Shown in pieces: positions 24,550 through 37,559 of a stretch of DNA of 64,000 nucleotides (positions within the stretch are counted from its first letter, which is position 1; the number at the start of each line of letters is the position of its first letter). The notes beneath the pieces are model-generated. The model was given only the letters and a program-made list of their open reading frames with translations, ran no database searches and had not been told where the DNA came from. The DNA is from Octopus sinensis (lineage: Eukaryota), in the NCBI RefSeq assembly GCF_006345805.1, contig NC_043003.1, positions 52,018,001 through 52,082,000 on the forward strand, read 5' to 3'. The position numbers were made by a program, and so were the translations under genes.

Positions 24550-24795
24550 TTTAACCCGACTTCCATGGCGTATGAGTGACTGAGATTACAGACCCTCTCT
24601 CTTGAATGGAACGCCAGTTCTTCACAGGGTCAACTTCCCAGCTATTGCTGGAACACATTTGCAGCTGAGTGGACTTTAGTAATGTGAAATGAAGTGCTAT
24701 GCTCAAAAACACGTCACACCGCCAGGTCTTGGAATCGAAACCTCTATGTTACGATCGTGAGTTCAACATCCTAAGCACTAGGACACGCGCCTTCA
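24550..24795 (-). mobile_element. tRNA-derived SINE ('family D')
   Basis: Minus head tgaaggcgcgtgtcctagtgcttagg...ggtttcgattcc; ttgagca...cactcagctgc core. Confidence 0.65.
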
Positions 24796-25317
24796 ATGTA
24801 ACTATTACAACACTTCAGCTACTACCACTACTATAAACATTGCATCACTGCAACCACTGTAGTACTACAGCACATACACTACACCATCATAACCCCAGTA
24901 GCCCTACAACCATTATAATCATTAAAGCACCACAACAGTACTACAACCGCAACAATCACACAACACTACACTCACTACTGCCACTTCCACTGTAATAACT
25001 ACTACACTACAGTTCCTACAATCATTACAACCATTACAACCACTATATATACACATGCAGGAGTGGCTGCGTGGTAAGTAACTTGGTTACCAACCACATG
25101 TTTCCGGCTTCAGTCCCACTGCATGACACCTTGGGCAAGTGTCTTCTACTATAACCTCGGGCCGACCAAAGTCTTCTGAGTGGATTTGGTATGCGGAAAC
25201 TGAAAGAAGCCTGTCGTCTATATGTATTTAATTTATATATATATATCGGTAAAAAAACGGTGAGATAACAAAAGAAAGAAAGAGACCTCAATATTATGTA
25301 AATAGAGGAAATTTATC

Positions 25318-25406
25318 TATAAAATAATATGTTACATTACTCAATAGTCAAGATGAAACTCAGAGTTTTATCTTGACTATTGAGTAATGTAACATATTAT
25401 TTTATA
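25318..25406. repeat. Near-perfect palindrome (44-bp arms, 1-nt loop)
   Basis: 25318-25361 pairs with 25363-25406, with one G-T mismatch. Confidence 0.9.
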
Positions 25407-25414
25407 TATATATA

Positions 25415-25923
25415 TCTATATATATAAAACTCTAGTTGTGTGAGTGTCTGTCCCCTTCGATTTAGATTCCTAACTCCTCCCACATTTTGCGGTGCAGTTT
25501 AACCAAATTCGGGTATCTTATAGTCGTGATTCATATCGAGCCCGTCTGCCTATTAGCGCGCGTCAACGATGAGTCTACGATTTTAAAAATAATTTAACAT
25601 CATTTTTTATTCCATTTTAATGCATAATTTTTCGTGTGTCGATGGCGGCGGAGTTGGCGTCCATGCTCACAGCTGCACCTGTTTGCTTCTCCCCCTTCCC
25701 TCCCTCGTGAAGCTGTGGGGAAGGGAGTTTAAGGAAATCAACGTCGTAATGCGTTGTCAAGGAGACCAGCGTTCTTTTAGAACAACGACTTCATGGCTTG
25801 AAGACACCAAAACAGAAATGGCTAAGAAAGCCCGAATTGGCATCTATAAGGGAAGTAACTCTCTAAAAATGCTTATATAGTTATTTCCCTTACAAACCCG
25901 AGCAACGCCGGCGATACTGCTAG
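25415..25923 (+). mobile_element. Non-autonomous Helitron
   Basis: A|TCTATATATATAAAA 5' end, subterminal cccgagcaacgccgg, and CTAG|T 3' end. Confidence 0.8.
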
Positions 25924-25943
25924 TATATATATATATATATATG

Positions 25944-26017
<74 letters not shown>

Positions 26018-26109
26018 AGTAGGTGAATGAATTATCCTATGTTTATCGTCAGCATGGAAAATTCGTTAAGGAATTTTGTTAACATCTTCGTTCGACTCCA
26101 TTCTTTCAT

Positions 26110-26141
<32 letters not shown>

Positions 26142-26519
26142 TGTATGTATGTATGTGTATATGTTTGTGCGTCTGTGTTTGTCCCCACAACATCGCTTGA
26201 CAACCGATGCTGGTATGCTTACGTCCTCGTCACTCAGCGGTTCGGCAAAAGAGCCCGATAGAAAAAGTACTAGGCTCACAAAGAATAAGTCCTGGAGTCG
26301 ATTTGCACGACTAAAGGCGGTGCTCCAGCATGGCCACAGTCAAATGACTGAAACAAGTAAAAGAGTTAAAAGAGTAAATATCTTATACTAGGACCCATAT
26401 ATACTAACCAAGGAAATATATGCGGTGAACGTATATTGAATAACATTTTCATATTGTTATGCATTTGTTTCATCGTAACAGCTTTATATATAGGATATGT
26501 TATAAAGATATTATTATAT

Positions 26520-26876
26520 TTCAGAACGGTCATTTTGCCAGTTTAGCCAATAAAAACACACGTACTATATATTTGGTGTTATTTTGCTTCAGTGTTATTT
26601 ATTTTTTACATTAATCTTAATCTTATTTCGGCCAGAGTTCTTTCGTCATACTCCTGTGACTGCATCAGTGGTCCTTTGTTTTCTTCTTTCTTATTTGTGT
26701 CTCTCCTTACTAACCGTCAGCCATTTTGTATTTCTATTGTATGTCTTCATTTGCGCATGCTTATATCTCTATGTGCGTCTATGTTTAGTTAGTGTGTGTG
26801 TGGGGGGGGGGGGAATGCATGTAATATTTGTATCTTCTGTTTATATTGGCTAAACTGGCAAAATGACCATTCCGAA
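26520..26876. repeat. 357-bp element bounded by 33-bp inverted repeats
   Basis: 26520-26552 versus 26844-26876, two mismatches. Confidence 0.8.
26629..26674 (-). ncRNA. Candidate hammerhead ribozyme with a variant core
   Basis: cca-CTGATGCA-gtca/tgac-GAAA-gaa-CTC-tgg. Confidence 0.4.
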
Positions 26877-27371
26877 GTATAACAATATCTGTTTCAACAC
26901 ACGACTTCACATAAAAAATCTTGCTCAACAAATATATAAACGTTATAAAGATATTTATACGATATTCATACAATACCACTGCAATCTCTCCACCACGTCA
27001 ACCATTGATGTACTTCATTATTAAAACCACTCCCACCACCATTATAAATGCTACACCACTCCACTTCATCAATACAACCTCTGCAGTTCCTACAACCATT
27101 GCAAACACTGAACCATTCATCAACTACAATGCTGCAGCAGATCAACCACAACAGTTATAACACTACAACCACTCGTCCGCTTCACCACTACAAAAACAAT
27201 CAGTAACAACAATTACTGTTACTGCTATTTAACCCCAGGCCAATCTTGATGAGGTACTACTACACTAAACTCTGCATCATTCATCCACTACAGCGACAGC
27301 ACAGCAGCTACTCATTCATTACGTTGTTACAAATTAATAGCAATAATAATAATAATATAATAATAATAATA

Positions 27372-27403
<32 letters not shown>

Positions 27404-27439
27404 AATAATAATAATTATAATAATAATAGTAATAATAAT

Positions 27440-28085
27440 AATCCTTTCTACTATAGGCAGAATGTCTGAGATTTTGGGGGAGGGAACTAGTCGATCACAT
27501 CGACCCCAGTAATCAACAGGTACTTAATTTATCGACCCCGAAAGGATGAAAGGCAAAGTTGACCTCGGTAGAATTTGAACTCAGAAGGTCTTTAAGACGG
27601 ATGAAATACCTATTTCTTTACTACCCACAAGGGGCTAAACACAGAGGGGACAAACAAGGACAGACAAAACGGATTAAGTCGATTACATCGACCCAGTGCG
27701 TAACTGGTACTTAATTTATCGACCCCGAAAGGATGAAAGGCAAAGTCGACCTCGGCGGAATTTGAACTCAGAACGTAGCGGCATACGAAATACCGGTAAG
27801 CATTTCGCCCGGCGTGCTAACGTTTCTGCCAGTTCGCTGCCATAATAATAATAATCTTTTCTACTCTAGGCACAAGGCCCGAAATTTTGGGGCAGTAGAT
27901 TAGATCTAGCTCAGTACGTAACTGGTACTTAATTTAATCAACTCCGAAAGGATGAAAGGCGAGCTGGCAGAATCGTTCTGAGTTCAAATTCTCCCGAGGT
28001 CGACTTTGCCTTTCATCCTTTCGGGGTCGATAAAACAAGTACCCCTCCCTCAAAATGGTTGCCCTTATGGCTAAATTTGAAACCA
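27440..28085. mobile_element. Cluster of family C SINE copies, mostly minus strand
   Basis: Repeated gaaaggatgaaaggcaaagtcgacctcggcggaatttgaactcagaacg cores at ~27540, ~27730 and inverted at ~27990. Confidence 0.8.
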
Positions 28086-28414
28086 TTATCATTGAGTTGT
28101 ATTTGATTTAATTAAATTTAACGCTCACCGAAATTATTTTGTGGGGCGAAAATCGCCCCGCTGGGGGCTACACAACCATAAAAGCCATAATAGATTCCTG
28201 GTGTTTCTATTCACAACTTGGAATAAAGTAATTATTGAAAAAGGACACCAATTGTAGTGTAAATAAATATTTTGAACTAGACTTACTTGGAGCGTTCGAA
28301 AACACGTCCGATGTGTACCGAAGCAAATATGATAACAACAACAACAACAACAACGATAATAATAACAACAACAACACCAATAATAACAATCCATTCTATT
28401 ATAGGCACGAGGCC

Positions 28415-28590
28415 TGAAATTTGGGGGTGGGAAATAGACCCCCAGTACTCAATTGGTACTTAATTCATCGAGCCCGAAAGGATGACAGGTAAAGTCAACC
28501 TCGGCGGAATTTGAACTCAGAACGTAGCGACGGACGAAATACTGCTAAACATTTCACCTGGAGCACTAACGAATCTGCCAGCACGCCGCC

Positions 28591-28592
<2 letters not shown>
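28415..28592 (-). mobile_element. Family C SINE
   Basis: Core plus head (ggcgtgctggcagattcgttag on the minus strand). Confidence 0.75.
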
Positions 28593-28625
<33 letters not shown>

Positions 28626-28626
28626 G

Positions 28627-28676
<50 letters not shown>

Positions 28677-28759
28677 TGCTTTAAATTTTGGCACAAAACT
28701 TGCAATTTTAGATAGAGGTGCATGGTCAATTACGTCGACACTATTACTTGACTGGTAAA

Positions 28760-28987
28760 GGGGTGTGGCTTTGCGGTTAGGTGTTCGGCTCATGACCGTA
28801 AGGTCGTGAGTTCAATTCTTGGCGGCGTATCCTGTCCTTGAGCAAAACATTTTGTTTCCCGTTGCTCAACTTCATTCAGCTGGTAAAAATGACTACTAGC
28901 CTTGTCACATTCTGTAATTTCACGAGTAGGCTGTTCCGTTGATCAGTTCAACTGGAACCCACATCGTCGTAGCCGACGGAGTGTCAG
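28760..28987 (+). mobile_element. Family D-like tRNA SINE
   Basis: A box gtggctttgcggttagg, B box gagttcaattc, then tgtccttgagcaaaac. Confidence 0.65.
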
Positions 28988-30993
28988 CATTACTTGACTA
29001 GTACTTAATCTTATCGACTCCGGAGCGATGAAACCTAAGTGGATATTGGCGAGATTTGAACTCAGAACATAAGGAGTAGGAAGGGTTTTGAATTTTAGCA
29101 CAAGGCCAGTAAATTTAGGAAAAGATCGAGAAGGTGATTATATTGACCCCAGTGCCAAACTGACACTTAATTCATCAGCACCGAAAGGATGACAGGCAAA
29201 GTCGACCTCGGCAGAATTTGAAAATAAAATAGAAAAAGCGTGTGTCAGTATATAATGTGTGTGATTATTTAGTGGTTATTGAAGTGTGTCAGTCTCAAGC
29301 AGGATTCGAAACGGCTAATCGAAGCATCTGTTGTTTACATCTCAGTTTTGTCAATCAAAATAACCCAGAACATCCAGACATTATTCGCATAGAACAGTGA
29401 GAGGTACGCCTTAGTTTGATTTTTTGTAACCCTAAAAATTCCGCTCGTGCATGCACAGCAAACAAGACATGGAGCCAGACTTAAGCTCGTGGAGGTGTAT
29501 TTTTACCCACTCCGTTGTTTACATACGTCGCTATGAGCAGAGCAACGGACTCCAGTAATTTGAAAATTAGTGACGACCAAACAGAAAATATCGTCTACAA
29601 AGAAGTTGTGTAACCATATTGATATTATCGAAAGGAATATGGTTCATAATTCAAATAAGGAAATTTGTGAACTTTGAATATATAAGAGTAAAATAATGTA
29701 AACAACTAGAATAAAAGTATATCTAAATAACATTTTTAAAAATACTTTTCGTGTAGTGGTCGAGGGAAGCTCTGGCTTTCGTTAGGGGTGGTCCACATAA
29801 CCATTCAAGATACAGAGGCTAGGAGCCTATTTCAGTTCCGGAGTGAATTGTCATCACATGTCACTTAGTCGCAAATACATGTCATATAACTGCAATAGAA
29901 TGCTGTATCACCAACAATAATGTGATTTCTCTAAGACATCACCCAGTAATCTATCAAGTCCATTTACACATTTCTCAATGCATACTGCTGTTATGGTTTC
30001 CCTCCCTCATTTTATGCTTCCAACGTAGATGGGTAGAATTGCTAATTAAAATAATAATAATTAAAAAAAAGAATGCTATTACCATTTTATCAAACAGTAG
30101 TTAAAGAAACACTTGAGAAGGAAATTAACATATTTTACTAGAAAATATTCTAGAGATTCTAGGATATTTAGAATCAAGACATTTAGAACCAAGAGATTCT
30201 AAATATTCAATCTTTGGTGAAGTGACTGCGAATAAAAATTTATAACATAAGCACAAGACCACATATTTAAAAAAAAAAGAGAGTTCTGTCGATTGTCACA
30301 ACTTGGTCCCACGAGATTTGAACTCAACATACAAAGGAACGTAACTAACTTTGCAATGTAGTTACCCAGTAACTCCCATGATTCTGTCAATTTGACGCTT
30401 TTGCCAATGCCTATATTTATTTCTAACATAATCACGAAGCCTCAAATTTAGGGAAGGGAGTAAAAATGGATCTCCCTCGGTTTGGAAGATGAGTACTCAG
30501 TTATTTGATTAACCGAATTACCTCCTTATCGAATTGGTTTGTTATGACTGAGTATTCCACAGATACGTGTAGCCTTGGCGTAATTCGGAGGCAGAATATT
30601 ACAGGAATAACCACTCCAACAGGATTCAGCACATTTCCGTCAAACCAAATTTCACTTAAAATGTTTGGTGGTGGTGATGATAATGGTAGAGGCTGTAGTG
30701 ATGGTGGTAGTGATGACAGTAGTAGTGGTGTTTGTAGTAATGGTGGTGATGGTAGCTGCTGTTGTGGTGGTGATGGTGGTGGTAAGGGTAGCGATCGTGA
30801 GGCGTAGTAAAGGAGGACACTTGCTCAATATGTCATGCAGTAGGATCGAACCAAGGGACATCTTGGGCGCGAAGCGAACTTCTTAGCCATTCAGTCCGGT
30901 CGATTATATTAAATTGTTATCTCTTGACTTATACATACTGTTCAATGCTCTACTGATACAGCCAATGCTAATAAGAAATAGATTATAATCTGG

Positions 30994-31147
30994 CAGTGGC
31001 GTAGCTAGAGCGTACGTCATCCGAGGTAGCCCTACCCGGGCTAATACTGCCTATACAGACTTCTACTGCAGACCCAAAAGTGCCGTCCCATGAAGACGTC
31101 GCCCAGGGTGGTCCACTCCCTCGCTGCGCCTCCTACTTACGTTACTG
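30994..31147. mobile_element. Possible old MITE
   Basis: Left end cagtggcgtagctag and right end cctacttacgttactg are an imperfect inverted pair (11/17). Confidence 0.4.
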
Positions 31148-32339
31148 TGAATTGGAAGGTTTAGTGAGTTTGTTCTGGAGGAAAGGTGCTGTGCCCATGG
31201 TGCTTACCAGACCTCTGAGTCAAGAAAGATTAATGTGACTAGCATTCTATAACGTCATTGTCTACAACCGTAGCTCTGGCCCAAGTGTAAAAGTGGTGTT
31301 CCAAAAGTGGTGTTCCACTGTTGGTCTTATTTGACCCTTGCAAACAACAACAGTTGGAGTATTTTATGTCCTATTTTATGATCCTAAAGTGGAGGACAGT
31401 CTTCTTGATGTAGTTCTTTTGCTATATTATAACAGTAAGATCGCCAGGAGAGATCCTCGATGATTGTGAGTCCAGCATTTGTAGTAACTTTATGGCGTTT
31501 AGTTGTGGACATGTTTCACCTCGCTCTCCCTTATTGTTAATTTTCAACAAATAAAATTATGCGCAAAAAGGATTCTTTTTAAAGTGGGGCTTCGAAATAG
31601 AGAGATAGAATTTATGGACGGTTTCCAGTTAGACGAGCAGAAAACTACCTAGAAATCTGAATAGGGAGTCAATGCCGTGGAAGTTGAGGACCAAGAAATG
31701 AGGTTTCACTACTTTCTAGTTTTGACACTTTATCGTTGCCAGACAATGAAAAAGTTAATGGAGGACAGACAGTGGTAGCAAAATCGACCCCAGTCGAATT
31801 TGAACTCAAAACATGAATACGGACGAAATGCCGCTAAGCATTTTGCTCGGCGTACAAACTACTCTGTCCGCTCGCCGCCCTAGTCTGACATGAAATAAAT
31901 GGCAACAATAACGAATTAGGAGACAAATTGTAAGAGGTATGCAAATGACAGGATTTTTAAGACTACACTAATGGTCTATTACACAGTAAAGCAGGCATTC
32001 TCAGAGGTTATTTTATGCTTTTTGTGCTGCCCAAAGTAGGAAATGTTAACAGGCCACTTCAGGTATATCAGTTTCTTATACAAGTGGTAGGCGGTCAAAG
32101 ATCGGAGTGATTTGACCCAACCTAGTCGGTGGTTTCTCACATATTTTGCGTGTCTCAATATATTGTATAAGGTTTTTCTCCCCCCCCCCCACTTTTTTTT
32201 TATATAACTTTATTTAGTTTGCATATATTTCGTAAAAACAATGTATGCGTTTTAATCGTATGACTGCATAGACTTAGTGGCAATAAACAAAATATAAATT
32301 GTTGTTATTCAAAAGCTATTACATGCTCGTTTAATTAAC

Positions 32340-32740
32340 CAGGTTGTTATCCTGAGATATGGTGACAACAGATCTCGTATCTCGAGAATCTTTCTCAGGA
32401 TTCTTGCAGAATACAAGCTGACTCTTTTCTACAGGTTGACAGAACATGTTTCAATTCTAATATCCTTTATCTCAGCTTCTTGGGTATCAGTTTGAATGCC
32501 GGGTGCACCAGTTATGGCGGGGAATAATTATCATCGTTGTGTTCCACAATCGCTTCATCTCTCTGGCTTGCTCATGATATTTCGTAATTTTCTCAATTTC
32601 TTTGATATCTACTCTACTGTCATATAGTATTACAAAGTCTTTCACTAGTTTTATTTATTTTTGTTTTCTATGGTCATATTTGATCTCCTTGTTTCAATAA
32701 TATGGTCAATAGCATAGAAAATCTCATAAAACGGCAGTAT
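32340..32740 (-). mobile_element. Degenerate R4/Dong-clade RLE fragment, third family
   Basis: DHIIETRR...RVDIKEIEKITKYHEQAREMKRLWN...ITGAPG...ARILRKILE. Confidence 0.65.
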
Positions 32741-33731
32741 GTGAAAACAAAAACTGAGTACTTGTACTTGCGGCGGCATTCACACGAGCTGGGTTGAGCT
32801 GGTTCCATCCAACGGGTTCACAACATCCTTCGCGAATACCGGCCATATCCGAGGGTCAGCCGCAATCAGGCTGTATGCAGCCCCAAAACAAATACCCTGC
32901 TGCGGACGCCATTGCTGCAGTCAGAGCTGAATCCCTCTTGATCATATGTCTACTAGAATTAGGGCTGACCTGGGACCAAACAACAACAAGTTTACTCTCA
33001 CGGAACTACAGTTTTTTTTTTAATGTCTACGTCTTCAATCACTACTACAATGGCAATGGTTTCTGCTCCTTCGAGCTTGCTATATGCTTATTCATTCAAT
33101 TCACACGTCGTTCTTCGTCCTCTCACATCTGTTGTATCTTGTCTTTTATATTTCTTTACAAAATTCTTTTCCCCCGTATAATACTTCCTACCTATGAAAT
33201 TACAGGAACTGTGAAATAACCTCACAAACAATTCCAAAACCCATCGCAAAATATTATTAACTCACGAACTAATAAATAGAGCCTCTACATAGTTACTCGA
33301 CCTGCTAGAAATATCAGTCAAATCTCCCTTAAATCCCAACCTATGACTGAATAATGTATAGTTTAGCCCTGCATACGCATAGCCTTAAAAGAAGAGGGAA
33401 TAGTCTTGGCCTAGATGCCTTTGACCGCAGGTCTGCATATCTACATTTGTGTTCAAAATACCCCACCGTAGAAGACTTTGCCTTTTCTTTAGTGAGTGAG
33501 TTTCTACGACCACGAAAATAAATATCAACTTTGCACTGATGTTCGCGTAAGCTGCCTACCGCTCACCTCCGCTTCATTTTTTGTAAATCACTCATTCTCA
33601 TTTAATTGTATATATTTTAATTGTTTGTTTATTCATACATTTCGTCTCATTCGATACCCTGACCCCAATGTTTGTTTTGTCTGTCTTCGTATCGTCCCCT
33701 CTTTTTGTCAACCTTATAGTGAATAAAGAAA

Positions 33732-33810
<79 letters not shown>

Positions 33811-34437
33811 CTCAAATATTGGGACCTTGTGCTCCTTGCGTCAAAAAGGCGTGACATATTTGAGGAGTGGAAGTTTATATGTGTACATTGTATTGTGATA
33901 TTTATGAGAATGGTGGCAAACTCAACCATTACGCCGGGTGGTACAAACTCTAACTACGTCACTGTCTCGTGTCAATATAAGAAACATTATTTACAGCTCA
34001 GTAAATAATGTTTTCTTATATTGACATACAGAACCTCCATATTTACTGTAATCTATCTGCTACTTTACATAGGCATTAAAGCGCATATCCATATTGTTGG
34101 TGGGGAAGTAGCATCCATGCCTCGCAGCTATCTGTTGGTCGATTTCCAGTCGGGAATTTCCCTGTGGAAGAACCAGCGGAAACCATCCGTATGTTCAATC
34201 CGTTTCCATGGACCACTCAATGGCTTGCAGTGTTCGATCCATCATCAAAATGTAGCAGTCTCATGAAGTATATGCCATTTTATGAAGTGTGAGATTTTTT
34301 CTTTGATATGTTTGGGGAAAGTGGGTGAGTTGCTATTATTTAGTAAAACCCTTTGGAATCGCGTGGCGCCGACGGCTTTACCGACTGTGTTGATGCATCT
34401 GTTATATATCTGGGATATTTCAAGATAAACTACACTA

Positions 34438-34478
<41 letters not shown>

Positions 34479-34819
34479 TGTGTCTGTGTCTGTGTGTCTA
34501 TGTCTGTGTGTGTGCCTGCGTGCGCGTGTGTGCGCGTGCGAGTGTGCATATGTACGACGACTTAGAAATTTTTGGCTTGATACCCAGAGGCACATCTCGC
34601 CTATCAAGATGTGCTGGACTCTAATCCGTGGCGAAGGCAGCTGATCCAGGAGATGGAAATCTCTAATAGAAAAACCTGAAGTATATTGTTCGAGGAGTTT
34701 GTGGTAAAGATTTGCGCTAACCTTCTGCTATCAGCATTTCCCAAAAAGTGTGGCTGGTCCTGCACGAGCAAAAACTTCTGAAAAACAAATCATCTGTGTG
34801 GCTTGTTTAACGACTATAA

Positions 34820-35035
34820 TATTGGTTTCAAATTTTGGCACAAGGCTAGCAATTTCGGGGCGGGGGCTAAGTCGATTAAATCGACCCCAGTGCTCAACTG
34901 GCACTTATTTTATCGATATCGAAAGGATAAAAGGCAAAGTCGACACCGGTGACATTTGAACCTAGAACGTAAAGACGGGCGAAATGTCGCTAAGTGTGCC
35001 CGGCAGGCTAAAGATTCCGCCAAACTCGCCGCCTT
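34820..35035 (-). mobile_element. Family C SINE
   Basis: Core plus ...ctcgccgcc head end. Confidence 0.75.
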
Positions 35036-35097
35036 ATTTAACGGCTATAATATTGGCTGTTAGACCCTCATAGGTCGATGTCAGCGGGAGAATCCAC

Positions 35098-35102
35098 CAT
35101 CC

Positions 35103-35187
<85 letters not shown>

Positions 35188-35320
35188 ATATGGTTGTCTA
35201 TCTATCTATACATGCATACATACATACATATTTACATATACATACATACATACATACATACATACATACATACATACATACATACATACATACATACATA
35301 CATACATACATACATACACA
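35098..35320. repeat. (ATCT)n plus (ATAC)n microsatellite
   Basis: Direct reading. Confidence 0.9.
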
Positions 35321-36393
35321 CTGCCTAAATACCAATCTTGAGAAATTAGGCTTCTCAAAACTAGAAAGGAGAAAGCTAATTTAAAGGCTACAGATCCAGT
35401 CCATCACTGGAGCTGTAATAATCTCTAAAACTTTCCAGAAGTTTATCATTTAAATATGTATGAGCATGTCTAGATATGTAACTACATGCATGAGAATACA
35501 TTATTATTCATACATACATACATACATCTGTTACCTTTTACTTCAGTCATGAAACTGCGGCCATACTGGAGCAACACCTTGAAGAATTTTAGTCGAACGA
35601 ATCGACCCCAGTGCTTATTTTTTTAAAGCCTGGTACTTATTCTCTCGGCTTCTTTCCTATGTATATACAAACCTTGAAATCTAAACAGCAATCTGTTGAA
35701 TATCTGTGAATGTGTAAAACAGAAAATTCAGTACAGACGCACCCTCACAGGTTCTTATGCACTTACAGTTTGACCTTGGTGCTAAAGAGGTTCGCTTGCT
35801 AGAAGAACCGGCTAAATTTCCTGCAAATCACAACCTACATTGAAGCAGTTGGAACGGTCACGGCTGAAACGCACAGTAAGGTTTGACCTGAGGCTACAAG
35901 AAAATATCACATCAATCTCTACGCACAACCCACATTTGTTTATGCTTACTAATACGATCGCACATTCAATCACTTAACGACACACTAGAATACATATATA
36001 TCAGCCTATATACCCTCATTCACATTCTGCATGCCATCCACACCTACTTGAGCATTCGTATACACATGTGAAGGCCTACACATACATACAGTTTACTCAC
36101 ACACCCACCAAGTCACTAACTCACAAACATAAACACAAAAACTTATATATATACACACGCATAGCACGCATTCAAACGTTTGTTTATTTACACATTTACA
36201 CATATATATGCACATATACACTCACGCACATATTTTCAGGCCGACACATATGTGCATATATATATATATATATGCAAAGACAAGAACGCATACACATACA
36301 CAAAGAAACATCAACAAAAGACATACAATACAGAAAGACCACACAGTGGAAGATACACACATATTCACACACGTACACACACACAGATACGCA

Positions 36394-36435
<42 letters not shown>

Positions 36436-36446
36436 ATATATATATA

Positions 36447-36482
<36 letters not shown>

Positions 36483-36944
36483 GCACACAAATACGCAGGA
36501 TACATACACATATATATACATACAAATATCTACAAAAAGACAAATGCACAAGCACACACAAACTCACACATACAGATGCACACGCACATACAAACACAAA
36601 CAAACACACACACACACACACCACACACACACACACACATCTAGTCGGTTGACTTTATCGTCGTAAATCTTATGTTATAAGAATGTTTTCAACACTTAGT
36701 TGTTAACGCGACTCTGTTGAAATGAAAGAAGTAATTTCAGTGTTGGGAATCTCTACGAAAAACTATATCATCCCATGGGTTATGGTGATAACACATATTC
36801 GTGTGTGGTTCTTTCTAATTACGTCACACAGCCACCCACTTCCGTTTCCGGTGCTTTACAAATGCAACTGAATGCATTTATACATTTCCGTCCTTTCTTT
36901 GTCCTGCCTTTGTTTTTTGGGGGTTTTTTTCCCAATAAGTTATT

Positions 36945-37335
36945 CAGAGGGGGAGTGCTGTAAAGAAGCTCGCTTTGCGACCACATGAGTTCGGGATCAG
37001 TCCCATTGTGAGACACCTTGGATTAGTGTCTTCTAGTATAGTCCTAAGCTGACCAATGCCTTGTGAGTGAATTTGGTGGACCGATACTGTGCGGAAGCCA
37101 GTCATATACATATATTTATATACCTTTGTGTATGTGAGTTTTTGTGTTTGTGCTGCCATTCCAACGCTTTACAATCGGTATTGTTTGTGTAGTGGTTCGG
37201 CAAAAGCGACCGATTGAGTAAATACCAATCTTTAAGAAGTAAGAACTGTGGTTGATTTGTTCGAGTAATAGCTATCAAGTTGGTGCTCCAGCATGGCCAC
37301 AGTCCAATAACTAAGTCAAGAGATAAAAAATAAAA
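36945..37335 (+). mobile_element. Old family A SINE
   Basis: Degenerate head and second half (ggttcggcaaaag...ggtgctccagcatggccacagtc). Confidence 0.65.
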
Positions 37336-37559
37336 CAGGAGAATAGCAAGACCCCCACCTCGCTACTTCCGAGACGTTGGAATCCATTTCCCCTTCCAAT
37401 TTGTGAAAATGATGTGGCAGATATTATTGATGCTTGGCCTGAAAAGCTGGAAGTTCATATCTGTAGGGAAAAAAACTGAGAAGACAAAGCGACGAGGGAT
37501 GCATTCGTTTCTGTTGCATAAGGTACACATGCAAATGAATACATTTAAGCCAAGGAGCT

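Larger units (their letters stand above)
25057..26375 (+). mobile_element. Family A SINE split by insertions in its internal microsatellite
   Basis: Head at 25057-25225 and second half at 26160-26375, separated by a hairpin element and a Helitron. Confidence 0.8.

Noticed and set aside
28286-28335. Minus-strand exon ending at a GTAAGT donor
   Set aside because: There is no acceptor upstream; the segment runs into (TTG)n.
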